Assembly: GCA_964252075.1 (NCBI GenBank)
Contig: CAXULY010000017.1
Coordinates: 18,728 to 82,727, forward strand
Length of the DNA: 64,000 nucleotides
Origin: an uncultured Deinococcaceae bacterium
GTDB lineage: Bacteria > Deinococcota > Deinococci > Deinococcales > Deinococcaceae
Direction: 5' to 3'
Part shown: piece by piece, positions 23,686-33,289 of the stretch
How the letters are laid out: the number at the start of each line of letters is the position of its first letter
Numbering within the stretch: position 1 is the stretch's first letter
Made by a program: the position numbers and the translations under genes
The notes under the pieces: model-generated
Databases searched by the model: none
Told to the model about the DNA's origin: nothing
The model's input: only the letters and a program-made list of their open reading frames with translations

Positions 23686-24618
23686 GTGCTGACCTACTAC
23701 CGCTCCATCGGCGGGAAGCTGCACACCCTGGACGGCTACGTGAACGGCTGCTGGGTGAACGCCACCGACCCCACGCCTGAGGAACTCGCGCGCGTGAGCC
23801 GCGAGACGGGCCTGCCGCTCGACTACCTGAATTACCCCCTGGACCTGGACGAACGCGCCCGTTTCGAGCGCGAGGACAGCCAGCTCCTGATCATCCTGCA
23901 GACCAGTTACCGCCTCAGTGAGGACAGCGACCTGCCGTACGACACCGTGCCGCTCGGCATCCTGCACAACGACCACTGCGTGGTGACGGTGTGCGCGCTG
24001 GAGTGCCCAGTCATCCGGGACATCGTGAACGGCATGACGCGCGCGGTGTCCACCGCGAAGAAGAACCGCCTCACGCTGCAGCTCTTCCTGCGCAACGCGC
24101 AGCGCTTCCTGATCGACGTGCGGCACATCAACAAGCTGGTGGACCGCACGGAGGACCGCCTGGAGTCCAGCACCCGCAACAAGGAACTGCTGGAACTCCT
24201 GAAGCTGGAGAAGAGCCTGGTGTACTTCATGACGGCCCTCAAGGCAAACGAACTGATGATGGAGCGCGTGAAGCGCGACCGCATCTTCGAGCTGTACGAG
24301 GAGGACCAGGAGCTGCTGGACGACGTGCTGATCGAGAACCTGCAGGCCATCGAGATGGTCGGGATTGCCAGCAACATCTTGACGAGCATGTCCGGCACCT
24401 TCGCGAGCGTCATCTCGAACAACGTGAATCAGGTGGTGAAGCTGCTCACCACCACGACCATCCTGGTGGCCATCCCGACGCTCGTGACGGGCATCTTCGG
24501 CATGAACGTGCCCATTCCCGGGCAGAGCCACCCGTACAGTTTCGCGATCGCGCTCGGCATTGCCTTCGGCATCAGCGGCCTGCTGGCCGTTTTGTTCTAC
24601 CGCTGGCGCTGGTTTTGA
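23686..24618 (+). CDS. corA: CorA family Mg2+/divalent cation transporter
   Basis: GTG start (MLTYYRS); NNVNQVVKLLT and FGMNV (GMN motif); two C-terminal TMs. Confidence 0.9.
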   Translation: MLTYYRSIGGKLHTLDGYVNGCWVNATDPTPEELARVSRETGLPLDYLNYPLDLDERARFEREDSQLLIILQTSYRLSEDSDLPYDTVPLGILHNDHCVVTVCALECPVIRDIVNGMTRAVSTAKKNRLTLQLFLRNAQRFLIDVRHINKLVDRTEDRLESSTRNKELLELLKLEKSLVYFMTALKANELMMERVKRDRIFELYEEDQELLDDVLIENLQAIEMVGIASNILTSMSGTFASVISNNVNQVVKLLTTTTILVAIPTLVTGIFGMNVPIPGQSHPYSFAIALGIAFGISGLLAVLFYRWRWF

Positions 24619-24633
24619 GGGGCGCCCAGCCCC

Positions 24634-25551
24634 TCACCACCACCCGCGCTTGCGGAAGTACACGACCATCGCGAGGGCGATCACCGCGAAGCAACCCCAC
24701 GCGAAGGCGTACCCGTACCGCCAGTGCAACTCGGGAATGAACGCGAAGTTCATGCCCCACACACCCGCCAGGAAGGTGAGCGGCAGAAACACCGTGCTGA
24801 CGGACGTGAGGGTCCGCATGACCTCATTCATGCGGTTGCTCTGCACGCTGAGGTGCACGTCCAGGATGCTGGAGAGCACCTCGCGGGCGCTATCGAGGTT
24901 GTCGGTGGCGCGTGTGAGGCTGTCCCACACGTCACGGAAGCGCACGGCGTCCATGCCCTGCATCTGCCCGTGGCGCGTGAGGTTCCCGACAGAGTCGCGC
25001 GCGGCCGTCACGAGGCGCCGCGCGGCCATCACGCGGTGCTTGTACCCGAAGATCTGGCGCACCACCTCGGTGTCCCCGCGGCTCTCCACCATCTGCTCCT
25101 CGAGGTCGTCGATCTGCTCGCCGAGCGCGTCACTGAAGGTAAAGAAGGTGTCCGCGCCGCTGTCCAGCAGCTCGTACGTGATTTCTGGGACGGAGTTGAT
25201 GTGCTCGCGGCCCGTGAGGGCCCACACCCGTTCGAGGTAACTGACGGTCTCGTTCGTGATGGTCAGTACGGCGTCCGGGTACAGGAAGAGGCTGGCGCGT
25301 TCGGTGCGGTCCGTGCACTGTTCGGGCTCCGCGAAGGTCCGCAGGATGAAGAAGTCATGCTCGGGGTAGCTCTCGAAGCGGCTCCAGTGGCCTTTCTCGA
25401 AGGCGTCCTCGAGGGCCAGCATGTTCATGGGGAAGACGGCCTTCAGGCTCGCGAGCTCCTCGGGGGTCGGCGCGCAGGCGTCCACCCACACGCCCTGGTG
25501 CTGGCCCTGCCACGGCTCGGTCTGGCCCTTGAAGGTCTTGACGCGGATCAT
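24634..25551 (-). CDS. corA: Second CorA family transporter
   Basis: SNRMNEVMRTLT, PLTFLAGVWGMNF, PELHWRYGY. Confidence 0.92.
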   Translation of the reverse strand: MIRVKTFKGQTEPWQGQHQGVWVDACAPTPEELASLKAVFPMNMLALEDAFEKGHWSRFESYPEHDFFILRTFAEPEQCTDRTERASLFLYPDAVLTITNETVSYLERVWALTGREHINSVPEITYELLDSGADTFFTFSDALGEQIDDLEEQMVESRGDTEVVRQIFGYKHRVMAARRLVTAARDSVGNLTRHGQMQGMDAVRFRDVWDSLTRATDNLDSAREVLSSILDVHLSVQSNRMNEVMRTLTSVSTVFLPLTFLAGVWGMNFAFIPELHWRYGYAFAWGCFAVIALAMVVYFRKRGWW

Positions 25552-25615
25552 GCCCTCAGCCTAGAGGGAAGGTGGTGCGCAGAGCGTGAAGTGCGGCGGC
25601 GCATTATCCTGACGC

Positions 25616-26821
25616 GTGCCCGCCCGACGCTCCCCCAGCCCGCCCGAGCAGTTCCTGGAACTCTCGGAACTCCTGTCGTACGTCGCGCAGGTCGTCGCGC
25701 GCGGCATTCCCGGCGCGGTGTGGGTGCGCGCGGAGGTCGCGAGCGTCACGGACCGCCGCCACCTGTACTTCGATCTGGTGCAGCTGGAGGGCGGCGAAGA
25801 GGTCGCCAAGACCCGCGCGAACCTGTGGGCGCGCGAGCGCTACGCGCTGGAGGGGCAGTTCGTGCGCGCGACGGGCGGGCCCTTCGCGGCGGGCCAGAAA
25901 CTCCTGTTGATGGTCACGGCGGACTTCCACGAGCAGTACGGCTTCTCTCTCACCATCGTGGATGTGTCGCCGGAGTACACGCTGGGGGACGCCGCGCGCA
26001 AACTCACGGAGCTGCGCGAGGCGCTGGTGCGCGCGGGCCTGTACGACCTGAACCGCCAGTTGCCGGCGCCCCAGGATTACCGCCGGGTGGCGGTGCTGAG
26101 CCCCTCGGGCGCGGCGGGCCTGGGGGACTTCCGGCGGGAGGCGGACCGCCTAGAGGCGGGCGGCGTGACGGACTTCCGGTACTTCGAGGCGACCTTCCAG
26201 GGCCGCGAGGCGCCGCGCTCCCTGCTCTCGGCGCTCGCGGCGGCGCAGCTGGAGCACGCCGCCCAGCCCTTCGACGCGCTGGTCATTATCCGGGGCGGTG
26301 GGGCGGTGACGGACCTCGCGTGGCTGAACGACCTGGACCTCGCGCGCGCCGTGTGCGCCTTCCCCGCGCCGGTCGTGACGGGCATCGGGCACGCGCGGGA
26401 CGACACCATCCTGGATGAGGTGGCGTGCGTGCGCTGCGACACGCCCAGCAAGGCCGCGCAGCTCATCGTGGGTACGGCGGCGGCGGCGGCGGCGCAGGCA
26501 CAGGCGGACTGGCGTGCCGTGCAGGCGGCGGGCGCGGGCCTGATGGCAGGCGAGTCGGGGCGCGTGGAGGCCAGCCGCGCGCGGGTGGGGCGCGCGGCGC
26601 GCGGGCTGCTGGATGTCCAGGCGGCGCGGCTGGACCTCACCATGCGCTCGGTGCTGGGCCTCACGCCCGAGCGGACGCTGGCACGCGGGTACGCGCTGGT
26701 GCGCGGCGCGGACGGGCAGGTGGTGCGCGGGACGGAGCAGGCGCGCGCCGAAGGCCGCCTGACCCTGGCCTTCGCGGATGGGGACGTGCCGGTGCGGGTG
26801 GAGCCCACCCCCCCGCGCTAG
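25616..26821 (+). CDS. xseA: Exodeoxyribonuclease VII large subunit
   Basis: WVRAEV, HLYFDL OB fold, RGGG, VVTGIGH, TPSKAA, LARGYA. Confidence 0.92.
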   Translation: MPARRSPSPPEQFLELSELLSYVAQVVARGIPGAVWVRAEVASVTDRRHLYFDLVQLEGGEEVAKTRANLWARERYALEGQFVRATGGPFAAGQKLLLMVTADFHEQYGFSLTIVDVSPEYTLGDAARKLTELREALVRAGLYDLNRQLPAPQDYRRVAVLSPSGAAGLGDFRREADRLEAGGVTDFRYFEATFQGREAPRSLLSALAAAQLEHAAQPFDALVIIRGGGAVTDLAWLNDLDLARAVCAFPAPVVTGIGHARDDTILDEVACVRCDTPSKAAQLIVGTAAAAAAQAQADWRAVQAAGAGLMAGESGRVEASRARVGRAARGLLDVQAARLDLTMRSVLGLTPERTLARGYALVRGADGQVVRGTEQARAEGRLTLAFADGDVPVRVEPTPPR

Positions 26822-26832
26822 ACTGACCGCCG

Positions 26833-27042
26833 ATGACGAGTTACCGCGAGGCTTACGCCACCCTGAGCCGCATCGCCGCCGAGCTGGAAAGCGGTGAGGC
26901 GGACGTGGACCGGGTGCTGCCGCTGCTGGAGGAGGCGCGCGCGGCGTATGAGGCGTGCCGCGCGCGCCTGGACGCGGTGCGCCGCGCCCTGGGGGACGAC
27001 TGGGCGGACGACGATGACGACGCGGAAGATGACGAGGACTGA
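26833..27042 (+). CDS. xseB: Exodeoxyribonuclease VII small subunit
   Basis: SYREAYATLSRIAAELESGE; follows xseA. Confidence 0.88.
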   Translation: MTSYREAYATLSRIAAELESGEADVDRVLPLLEEARAAYEACRARLDAVRRALGDDWADDDDDAEDDED

Positions 27043-27060
27043 CCTCCCGGGGCGCCGCGC

Positions 27061-27744
27061 GTGATTCCCTGGGAGTTGCTGGACCGCGCGCCCATCCCCG
27101 GCAGCGCAGATGAGTTGCTGCTGTGGCGGCGCGGCGACGAGTTCTCCATCCGCATCTCCGGGTACGCGAGTGAACTTATGAACAGCCGCCTGTTCACGTC
27201 CGAGCAGATGCTCGCGAAGCTGGCGTGCGCGGTGATCGCCGGGCGGCCCGCGCTGCACGTGCTGATCGGCGGGCTGGGCATGGGCTTCACGCTGGGCGCG
27301 GCGCTGGGCGCGCTGGGCGCGCAGGCGCGCGTGACGGTCGCGGAGCTGGTGCCGCAGGTGGTGGAGTGGAACCGCGGGCCGCTGGGCGAGCGCACGGGGC
27401 GACCGCTGGACGACGCGCGCTGCGAGGTGCGCGTCGCGGACGTGGCGGCGGTGCTGCGCGGGGCGCAGGGGCGGTACGACGCGGTGCTGCTGGACGTGGA
27501 CAACGGCCCGGAGGGCATGACGCACGCCGGGAACGGCTGGCTGTACGGCGCGGCGGGGCTGGGCGTCATCCGGGGCGCGCTGACGCCCGGCGGGGTGCTG
27601 GCGGTGTGGTCGGCGGAACCGGACCCGGCGTTCGAGGCGCGGCTGGCCCGCGCGGGCTTCGCGGTGACGCCGCACATCGTGCGCGCGCGGCCTGGCAAGG
27701 GCGCGCGTCACACCATCTGGCTGGCGCGCACCGCGGCCCGCTGA
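27061..27744 (+). CDS. Spermidine-synthase-like / MnmC-like SAM-dependent methyltransferase
   Basis: [34 protein letters not shown]. Confidence 0.8.
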   Translation: MIPWELLDRAPIPGSADELLLWRRGDEFSIRISGYASELMNSRLFTSEQMLAKLACAVIAGRPALHVLIGGLGMGFTLGAALGALGAQARVTVAELVPQVVEWNRGPLGERTGRPLDDARCEVRVADVAAVLRGAQGRYDAVLLDVDNGPEGMTHAGNGWLYGAAGLGVIRGALTPGGVLAVWSAEPDPAFEARLARAGFAVTPHIVRARPGKGARHTIWLARTAAR

Positions 27745-27758
27745 CGGTGGGGCGCGTC

Positions 27759-27787
27759 TTGAGCGCCCCGGCAAGTCGTGATACAGT
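27759..27787 (+). promoter_or_regulatory. Putative sigma70 promoter of rplU-rpmA
   Basis: TTGAGC (27759-64), 17 nt spacer, TACAGT (27782-87). Confidence 0.55.
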
Positions 27788-27886
27788 GTTTGGCTGATGA
27801 CCCGCTTCACGCGGGAGCAATCTCGCGCCCGCGCGCGGCGGCCCTCCAGGGGACCCGCCGCACCGGGTGGAGGCAGGGAGGAAGAC

Positions 27887-28189
27887 ATGTTTGCGATCAT
27901 TACGAGCGGTGGGAAACAGTACCGCGTGCAGGAAGGCGACACGCTGCGCGTGGAGAAGCTCACGGGCGAGGCGGGCGACAAGCTGAGCCTCACCCCCATC
28001 CTGGTGGGCGGCGAGCAGACCGTGTGGGGCGATGACGCCGCCAAGTTCACGGTGAACGCCGAGGTCGTGGATCACGGCCTGGGCAACAAGATCTACGTGC
28101 GCAAGTACAAGAGCGGCATCCAGTACCGCCGCCGCACGGGTCACCGTCAGCAGTACACCGCCATCCGCATCCTGGGCATCCAGGGCTGA
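27887..28189 (+). CDS. rplU: 50S ribosomal protein L21
   Basis: [14 protein letters not shown]...GHRQQYT; GGAGG SD. Confidence 0.97.
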   Translation: MFAIITSGGKQYRVQEGDTLRVEKLTGEAGDKLSLTPILVGGEQTVWGDDAAKFTVNAEVVDHGLGNKIYVRKYKSGIQYRRRTGHRQQYTAIRILGIQG

Positions 28190-28213
28190 AGCGAAAGAAG
28201 AAGGTGAATTGAC

Positions 28214-28489
28214 ATGGCACACAAGAAAGGCGTCGGTTCTTCCAAGAACGGTCGTGACAGCAACCCCAAGTACCTGGGCGTCAAGAAGTTCGGTGGCGAG
28301 CAGGTCGTGGCGGGCAACATCCTGGTGCGGCAGCGCGGCACGAAGTTCCAGGCGGGCGCGGGCGTCGGCATGGGCCGCGACCACACCCTCTTCGCGCTCG
28401 TGAATGGCGTCGTGACCTTCGCTGACAAGGGCCAGAAGGGCCGCTTCATCAGCGTGCAGGGCGCGCCCCAGACCGTCGCGGCGGACTGA
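28214..28489 (+). CDS. rpmA: 50S ribosomal protein L27
   Basis: [16 protein letters not shown]...[10 protein letters not shown]. Confidence 0.98.
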   Translation: MAHKKGVGSSKNGRDSNPKYLGVKKFGGEQVVAGNILVRQRGTKFQAGAGVGMGRDHTLFALVNGVVTFADKGQKGRFISVQGAPQTVAAD

Positions 28490-28506
28490 GGACACCGGTT
28501 CACCTC

Positions 28507-28536
28507 AGGGCCGGGCCTGCGGGTCCGGCCCTTTCT
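28507..28536 (+). terminator. Probable terminator after rpmA
   Basis: agggccgggcc...gggtccggccct followed by ttct. Confidence 0.6.
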
Positions 28537-28663
28537 CGTGCCGCGCGCTGTGACCCGCCTTCCGCTCCCGCCGCCCGCACCTGATAAAATGATTTGATTG
28601 GGCCTGACCGCCGCGCTCCGAGGAGCATGCCGGCCGTCAGGCCGCCTTCTGAGGAGTTGTGAC

Positions 28664-29974
28664 ATGCCCTTTCGTGACGTACTGGACATAGAAGTGGTGG
28701 CCGGCAATGGCGGCGACGGCGCCATGAGTTTTCACCGCGCCAAATACATGCCCAAGGGCGGCCCGGACGGCGGGCACGGCGGCAAGGGCGGCAGCGTGAT
28801 CCTGCGCGCCATCACCGGCGTGGAGAGCCTGGAGCGCCTGCTCGGCAAGCGCAAGTTCAAGGCCGAGAGCGGCCGCTACGGCGAGGGGCGCCTGCGGCAC
28901 GGCGCGGACGGCGTGGACCTCATCATTGACGTGCCGGTCGGGACGGTCGCCATTGACCGCGACACCGACCGTGTGATCGCGGACATGACGCGCCCCGGTG
29001 AGCTGAAGGTCGTGGCGCGCGGCGGGACGGGCGGGCGCGGCAACAGCGTGTTCGTGACGCCCACCCGTCAGGACCCGCGCTTCGCGGAGCTCGGCACGCG
29101 CGGCGAGAACCGCCGCCTGCGCCTGGAACTGCGCCTCATCGCGGATGTGGGCCTCGTGGGGTACCCGAACGCCGGGAAGTCCAGCCTGCTCGCGGCGCTC
29201 AGCAACGCCAACCCCGCGATTGCCGCGTACCCCTTCACGACCCTCTCCCCCATCCTGGGCGTGGTGGAACCCGTGCACGCCGACACCGACGACCGGCGCC
29301 TCACCATGGCGGATATTCCGGGCATCATCGAGGGCGCGAGCGAAGGCAAGGGCCTGGGGCTGGAGTTCCTGCGGCACATCTCGCGCACGCGCCTGCTGGT
29401 GTACGTGCTGGACGTGAGCCGCGACCCCGTCGCGGAACTGCGCGGCCTGCAGGCCGAGCTGCGCGCCTACGACCCCAGCCTGCTGGAGAACGCCGCGCTC
29501 GTGGCGCTCAACAAGGTGGACCTGGTGGACGAGGACCTCGCTGGGATGGTGGAGCACGACCTCGCCGAGGATGGCCTGCCGGTGCTGCGCGTGAGCGCCG
29601 CCGGGCACGGGGGCCTGGACGCCTTCAAGGACGCGCTGTTCGCGCTGCTGCCTGCCCGCCCGGAGATCCCGGCGGTCAGCGACGAGGACGTGGAGGAGGT
29701 GTGCACCGAGCCGGTGCGCGTGGTGCTGGAGCGCGGCCCCGTGCCGAAGGACGGCGAGGAAGGCGACGCCGAACGCATCTGGGTGGTGACGGGCGGCGGC
29801 TTCGAGGAGCGCCTCACGCGCTTCTCGCGCTACCTGGACGCCGCCGCGGAGTACCTCGCGAACGTCTTCAAACGCCAGGGCCTCACGGGCGCGCTGCGGC
29901 GCGCGGGCGCGCGTGAGGGCGACACGGTCGCCATCGGGAACTTCAAGTTCGAGTACTACGAGGACGAGCATTGA
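28664..29974 (+). CDS. obgE: GTPase ObgE/CgtA
   Basis: Gly-rich N-terminus ([11 protein letters not shown]), [23 protein letters not shown] and a C-terminal OCT domain. Confidence 0.97.
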   Translation: MPFRDVLDIEVVAGNGGDGAMSFHRAKYMPKGGPDGGHGGKGGSVILRAITGVESLERLLGKRKFKAESGRYGEGRLRHGADGVDLIIDVPVGTVAIDRDTDRVIADMTRPGELKVVARGGTGGRGNSVFVTPTRQDPRFAELGTRGENRRLRLELRLIADVGLVGYPNAGKSSLLAALSNANPAIAAYPFTTLSPILGVVEPVHADTDDRRLTMADIPGIIEGASEGKGLGLEFLRHISRTRLLVYVLDVSRDPVAELRGLQAELRAYDPSLLENAALVALNKVDLVDEDLAGMVEHDLAEDGLPVLRVSAAGHGGLDAFKDALFALLPARPEIPAVSDEDVEEVCTEPVRVVLERGPVPKDGEEGDAERIWVVTGGGFEERLTRFSRYLDAAAEYLANVFKRQGLTGALRRAGAREGDTVAIGNFKFEYYEDEH

Positions 29975-30084
29975 AGGCGGGGACCTTGAGCGTTTTCTGT
30001 TTGATCTCTCAGGTCCCCAGGTCAGGGGGTGGGTATACTCTGAGGATACGCCCGGCACGCCGAGCGAGCACCAGTCACACGTTC

Positions 30085-30702
30085 ATGACCAGGTCCGTTT
30101 CTGCCGCCCCCACCACACCCATCCTGCCTGAAGGCTGGATTGCCCGGGTGCGCCTGATGGTGCGCCCACGGCGTTTCGAGCACGTGCTGCGGGTGGCGGC
30201 GCTGGCGCGCGATATCGCGCTGTCGGCGGGCGCGGACGCGACCCGCGCGTACGTCGCGGGCCTGCTGCACGATATCGCGCGGGACCTGCCGGACCAGGAG
30301 CTGCTGCGGCTCGCGCCGCCCGAGTGCGCCATTGACCGCGCGCACCCCATGGCGGTGCACGGCCGGGCGGGCCGCGCGCTGCTGGAACGCTGGGGTTTTC
30401 AGGACCGCACGGTGCTGGAGGCCGTGGAAGACCACACGACCGGCCCGCGCGCCGGTCACGCGGTGGCGCAGGCGGTGTACATCGCGGACGTCTCCGAGCC
30501 GGGGCGCGGCGTGAACGCCGACATTCGCGCGCTGGCCTTCGAGGACCTGCAGGCCGCGACGGAACAGGCCATCATCAGCAAGGTGACGTACCTGCTGGGG
30601 CGCGGCATTCCGGTGCACCCCCGCACCCGCGCGGTGTACGAGGCGCTGCTCGCGGTCCGTGAGGCGCGGCTGGCCGCCGGGCCCGGTGGGACCGCCCGGT
30701 GA
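30085..30702 (+). CDS. yqeK: HD-domain Ap4A hydrolase YqeK
   Basis: RFEHVLRV, LLHDIAR, HG, HTTG, YIADVSEPGR; yqeK-LCP-rsfS synteny. Confidence 0.88.
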   Translation: MTRSVSAAPTTPILPEGWIARVRLMVRPRRFEHVLRVAALARDIALSAGADATRAYVAGLLHDIARDLPDQELLRLAPPECAIDRAHPMAVHGRAGRALLERWGFQDRTVLEAVEDHTTGPRAGHAVAQAVYIADVSEPGRGVNADIRALAFEDLQAATEQAIISKVTYLLGRGIPVHPRTRAVYEALLAVREARLAAGPGGTAR

Positions 30703-32060
30703 GCGATCCCCTGGGACGCCCGCAGACGTACTTCGCGCCGGAACCGCCTGAGGAGTCCGGCGCGCCGACCGAAGCGCCCCCGCGGCGCTGGCGGACCGTG
30801 CCCGGCTGGCGGGCGTGGCAGCTCTCCGGGCTGCTGTTCGCGGTGCTGGCCCTCGCCGGGTACTGGGCGCTGACCAGCACCACCAGCGAGGCGCGCCGCC
30901 TGAGCCTCGCCGCGCCGGGCGCCGCGCCGCACTTCACCATGCTGCTCGCCGGACGGGACATCGTGTACTGCTACTACCGTCAGCCCTGCGCCGACCAGAA
31001 CCAGCGCACGAAGCTGTACCAGCCGCCCAACACGGACACGATCATGCTCATCAAGGTGGACGGCGAGCGCGTGAACGTGCTGTCCATCCCGCGCGACACC
31101 AACGTGGGGCCCTTCAACGCCGCGGAAGGCATCGCCTTTCAGAAGGTGAACAGCCAGTACTTCCGCGGCGGGCCGGAAGCGCTCGCGAAGGCCGTGGAGG
31201 AGATCACGGGCGAGCACGTGGACAGTTACATGGTGGTCCGCACGGATTACGTCGCGGCGGTCATCAACGCGCTGGGCGGCCTGGACGTGACGGTGCCGGA
31301 CGTGCCGGGCTACGCGGGCGGGCGCGGCATTCAGTTCGACGACGAGGCGGCGGGCCTGCACATTCACCTCTCGCCCGGGCAGCACCACCTGGACGGCAAG
31401 ACCGCCGTGGGGTACCTGCGCATGCGCAAGGGCTTCGGGGACGATTACGGCCGCATGGACCACCAGAAGCAGGCGATCACGCAGCTGGTCGGCAAACTGC
31501 GCGGCTCGGGCGGCGTGGGCGCCATCCCCACCATCCTGCGCGGCCTGAACTCCGGCAGCGTGGAGACGAACGTGGACCCCGCCATCGCGCAGCAGATGCT
31601 GCCGTACCTGCACGACTTCAAGCTGAGCTTCGCGACGCTCCCCACCAACGAGATTCCCGGCACCAGCAACCTCGCCGCCGACCGCGAGGCGCTCGCGCAG
31701 CTGTGGGGCGGCGCCCCCATCCGCGCCGGGCAGTCCACCACGGGCGTGACGGGCGTGCGGGTCTTCGACGCCAGCGGGGACGGCATGGGCGCGCGCCTGC
31801 GCGCGGTCCTCACGCGCCTGGGGTACCGGGTGCTGAGCGTCACGCAGGAAACACCCAGCCGCGAGGGCAGTCAGGTCTTCACGCTGGACCGCCCCGGTGA
31901 CGCGGGCGCCCTGGCGGACCTGCTGGGCCTGCCGAGGCTGCAGGGCCTGCGCTTCGCCATCGCCAGCGGCGAGGTGGGCCTGTACCTGGGCCGGGACGCC
32001 GATCAACAGTACGCGGTGCTGCGCCAGCTGCCCGCCCTGAACACCACGGAGAGACAATGA
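30699..32060 (+). CDS. LCP (LytR-CpsA-Psr) family protein with a LytR_C-like domain
   Basis: N-terminal TM; TDTIML, LSIPRD, GYLRMR, DYGRMDHQK. Confidence 0.9.
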   Translation: MSDPLGRPQTYFAPEPPEESGAPTEAPPRRWRTVPGWRAWQLSGLLFAVLALAGYWALTSTTSEARRLSLAAPGAAPHFTMLLAGRDIVYCYYRQPCADQNQRTKLYQPPNTDTIMLIKVDGERVNVLSIPRDTNVGPFNAAEGIAFQKVNSQYFRGGPEALAKAVEEITGEHVDSYMVVRTDYVAAVINALGGLDVTVPDVPGYAGGRGIQFDDEAAGLHIHLSPGQHHLDGKTAVGYLRMRKGFGDDYGRMDHQKQAITQLVGKLRGSGGVGAIPTILRGLNSGSVETNVDPAIAQQMLPYLHDFKLSFATLPTNEIPGTSNLAADREALAQLWGGAPIRAGQSTTGVTGVRVFDASGDGMGARLRAVLTRLGYRVLSVTQETPSREGSQVFTLDRPGDAGALADLLGLPRLQGLRFAIASGEVGLYLGRDADQQYAVLRQLPALNTTERQ

Positions 32061-32419
32061 TGAACATCCAAGACCAGTTGCGCGCCATCGTGGACGCCGC
32101 CGTGGAGCGGCGCGCCGAGGACGTGCGGGTGCTGGACCTCACGCAGGTTTCCAGCACCCTCGATTACTTCGTGATCTGCACCGCCACCGCGGGTCTGCAG
32201 CTCAACGCCGTGCAGCAGAACATCCGGGAGAAGGCCCGCGAGGTGGGCCTGCCCGTCCCGAGCGTGGAGGGCCCCAGCGACCGCTGGCTGCTCCTCAGCT
32301 TCGGCGGGACCATCGTGGTGCACATCATGACGCGCGAGGCGCGCGACTACTACGACCTGGAGGGCCTGTGGAGCGACGCGCGCACCCTTGAGTTCGAGGG
32401 CACGGGCCAGGGCGCCTGA
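32057..32419 (+). CDS. rsfS: Ribosomal silencing factor RsfS
   Basis: DYFVICT, WLLLSFG, VHIM, RDYYDLEGLW. Confidence 0.95.
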   Translation: MMNIQDQLRAIVDAAVERRAEDVRVLDLTQVSSTLDYFVICTATAGLQLNAVQQNIREKAREVGLPVPSVEGPSDRWLLLSFGGTIVVHIMTREARDYYDLEGLWSDARTLEFEGTGQGA

Positions 32420-32513
32420 CGGACCGCCGGGCACCCATCCCTTCCTGAGGGCCCGACCCACGGCATACACTGGAGTGCTGCGCCGCGGCGCGTCACGACA
32501 CGAAAGGACCATC

Positions 32514-32819
32514 ATGGCTGAAAAAGACATTGACAAGTTGCTGCAACTGACGGACAGCAAGTACCGGCTCTCGGTGATCACCGCCAAGCGCGCGCTGCAG
32601 CTGCGCGCGGGCGCGCAGAGCGTCCTGCCGCCCGAGCAGCGCGCCCGCACGCACAACCTCGTGACGCAGGCCATGCGTGAACTCGCGGGTGGGAAGCTGC
32701 AGGTGGGCGAGGGCCTCATCGACGAGGACCGCATGCAGCAGGACTACCAGCGCCAGCGTCAGGCGCAGTTGCAGGCGCAGCTGAGCGCCGAGCGCGAGCG
32801 CGACCGCGACCGCGACTGA
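32514..32819 (+). CDS. rpoZ: RNA polymerase omega subunit
   Basis: MAEKDIDKLL...SKYRLSVITAKRALQL (Deinococcus-Thermus-type RpoZ); AAGGA SD. Confidence 0.95.
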   Translation: MAEKDIDKLLQLTDSKYRLSVITAKRALQLRAGAQSVLPPEQRARTHNLVTQAMRELAGGKLQVGEGLIDEDRMQQDYQRQRQAQLQAQLSAERERDRDRD

Positions 32820-32828
32820 AGCTGAAGC

Positions 32829-32864
32829 GAGAGGGCCGACAGGACAAATCCTGTCGGCCCTCTC
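32829..32864. terminator. Hairpin between convergent rpoZ and cupredoxin genes, likely bidirectional
   Basis: 16-bp perfect stem gagagggccgacagga-caaa-tcctgtcggccctctc. Confidence 0.7.
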
Positions 32865-32879
32865 CTGTGTGCCGGGCGC

Positions 32880-33218
32880 TCAGGGTGCCGTGACGGTCAC
32901 GCTGGCTTTCATGTCCGGGTGAATGGCGCAGTGGTAGGCCACGCGGCCCGCCTGACTGAAGGTGTGCGTGAAGGTCTGTCCGGTCGTGAGCGTGCCGGAC
33001 GTGAAGCTGCCGTCGTCGGCGGTCACGGTGTGCGGCGCGGCGTCGGTGTTCGTCCACGTGACGGTGGTGCCGGCCTTCACGGTCAGGTCGGACGGCTGGA
33101 AAGCGAAGCCGCTGATGCGGACCTCACCCAGGGAGGTGCCCCCAGCGGGGGCGGGGGCGCAGGCGGCGAGCAGGACAACCAGCACGGGCAGGGCCAGGAG
33201 GCTGCGTTTCATGGTCAT
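32880..33218 (-). CDS. Cupredoxin (plastocyanin/amicyanin-like) lipoprotein
   Basis: LAAC lipobox; type-1 Cu ligands in PHTV and YHCAIHPDM. Confidence 0.88.
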   Translation of the reverse strand: MTMKRSLLALPVLVVLLAACAPAPAGGTSLGEVRISGFAFQPSDLTVKAGTTVTWTNTDAAPHTVTADDGSFTSGTLTTGQTFTHTFSQAGRVAYHCAIHPDMKASVTVTAP

Positions 33219-33289
33219 GCTCCTTTCACCTGAGGTACGCCGCGCGCGCCGCGCGTGGATTCACGGGGCGGCCCCGCTACACTCGGGGC

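Noticed and set aside
32788..32817. Hexamer tandem repeat (gagcgc/gaccgc) at the end of rpoZ
   Set aside because: It encodes a charged ERERDRDRD tail, which is low-complexity coding sequence and not a contingency locus.
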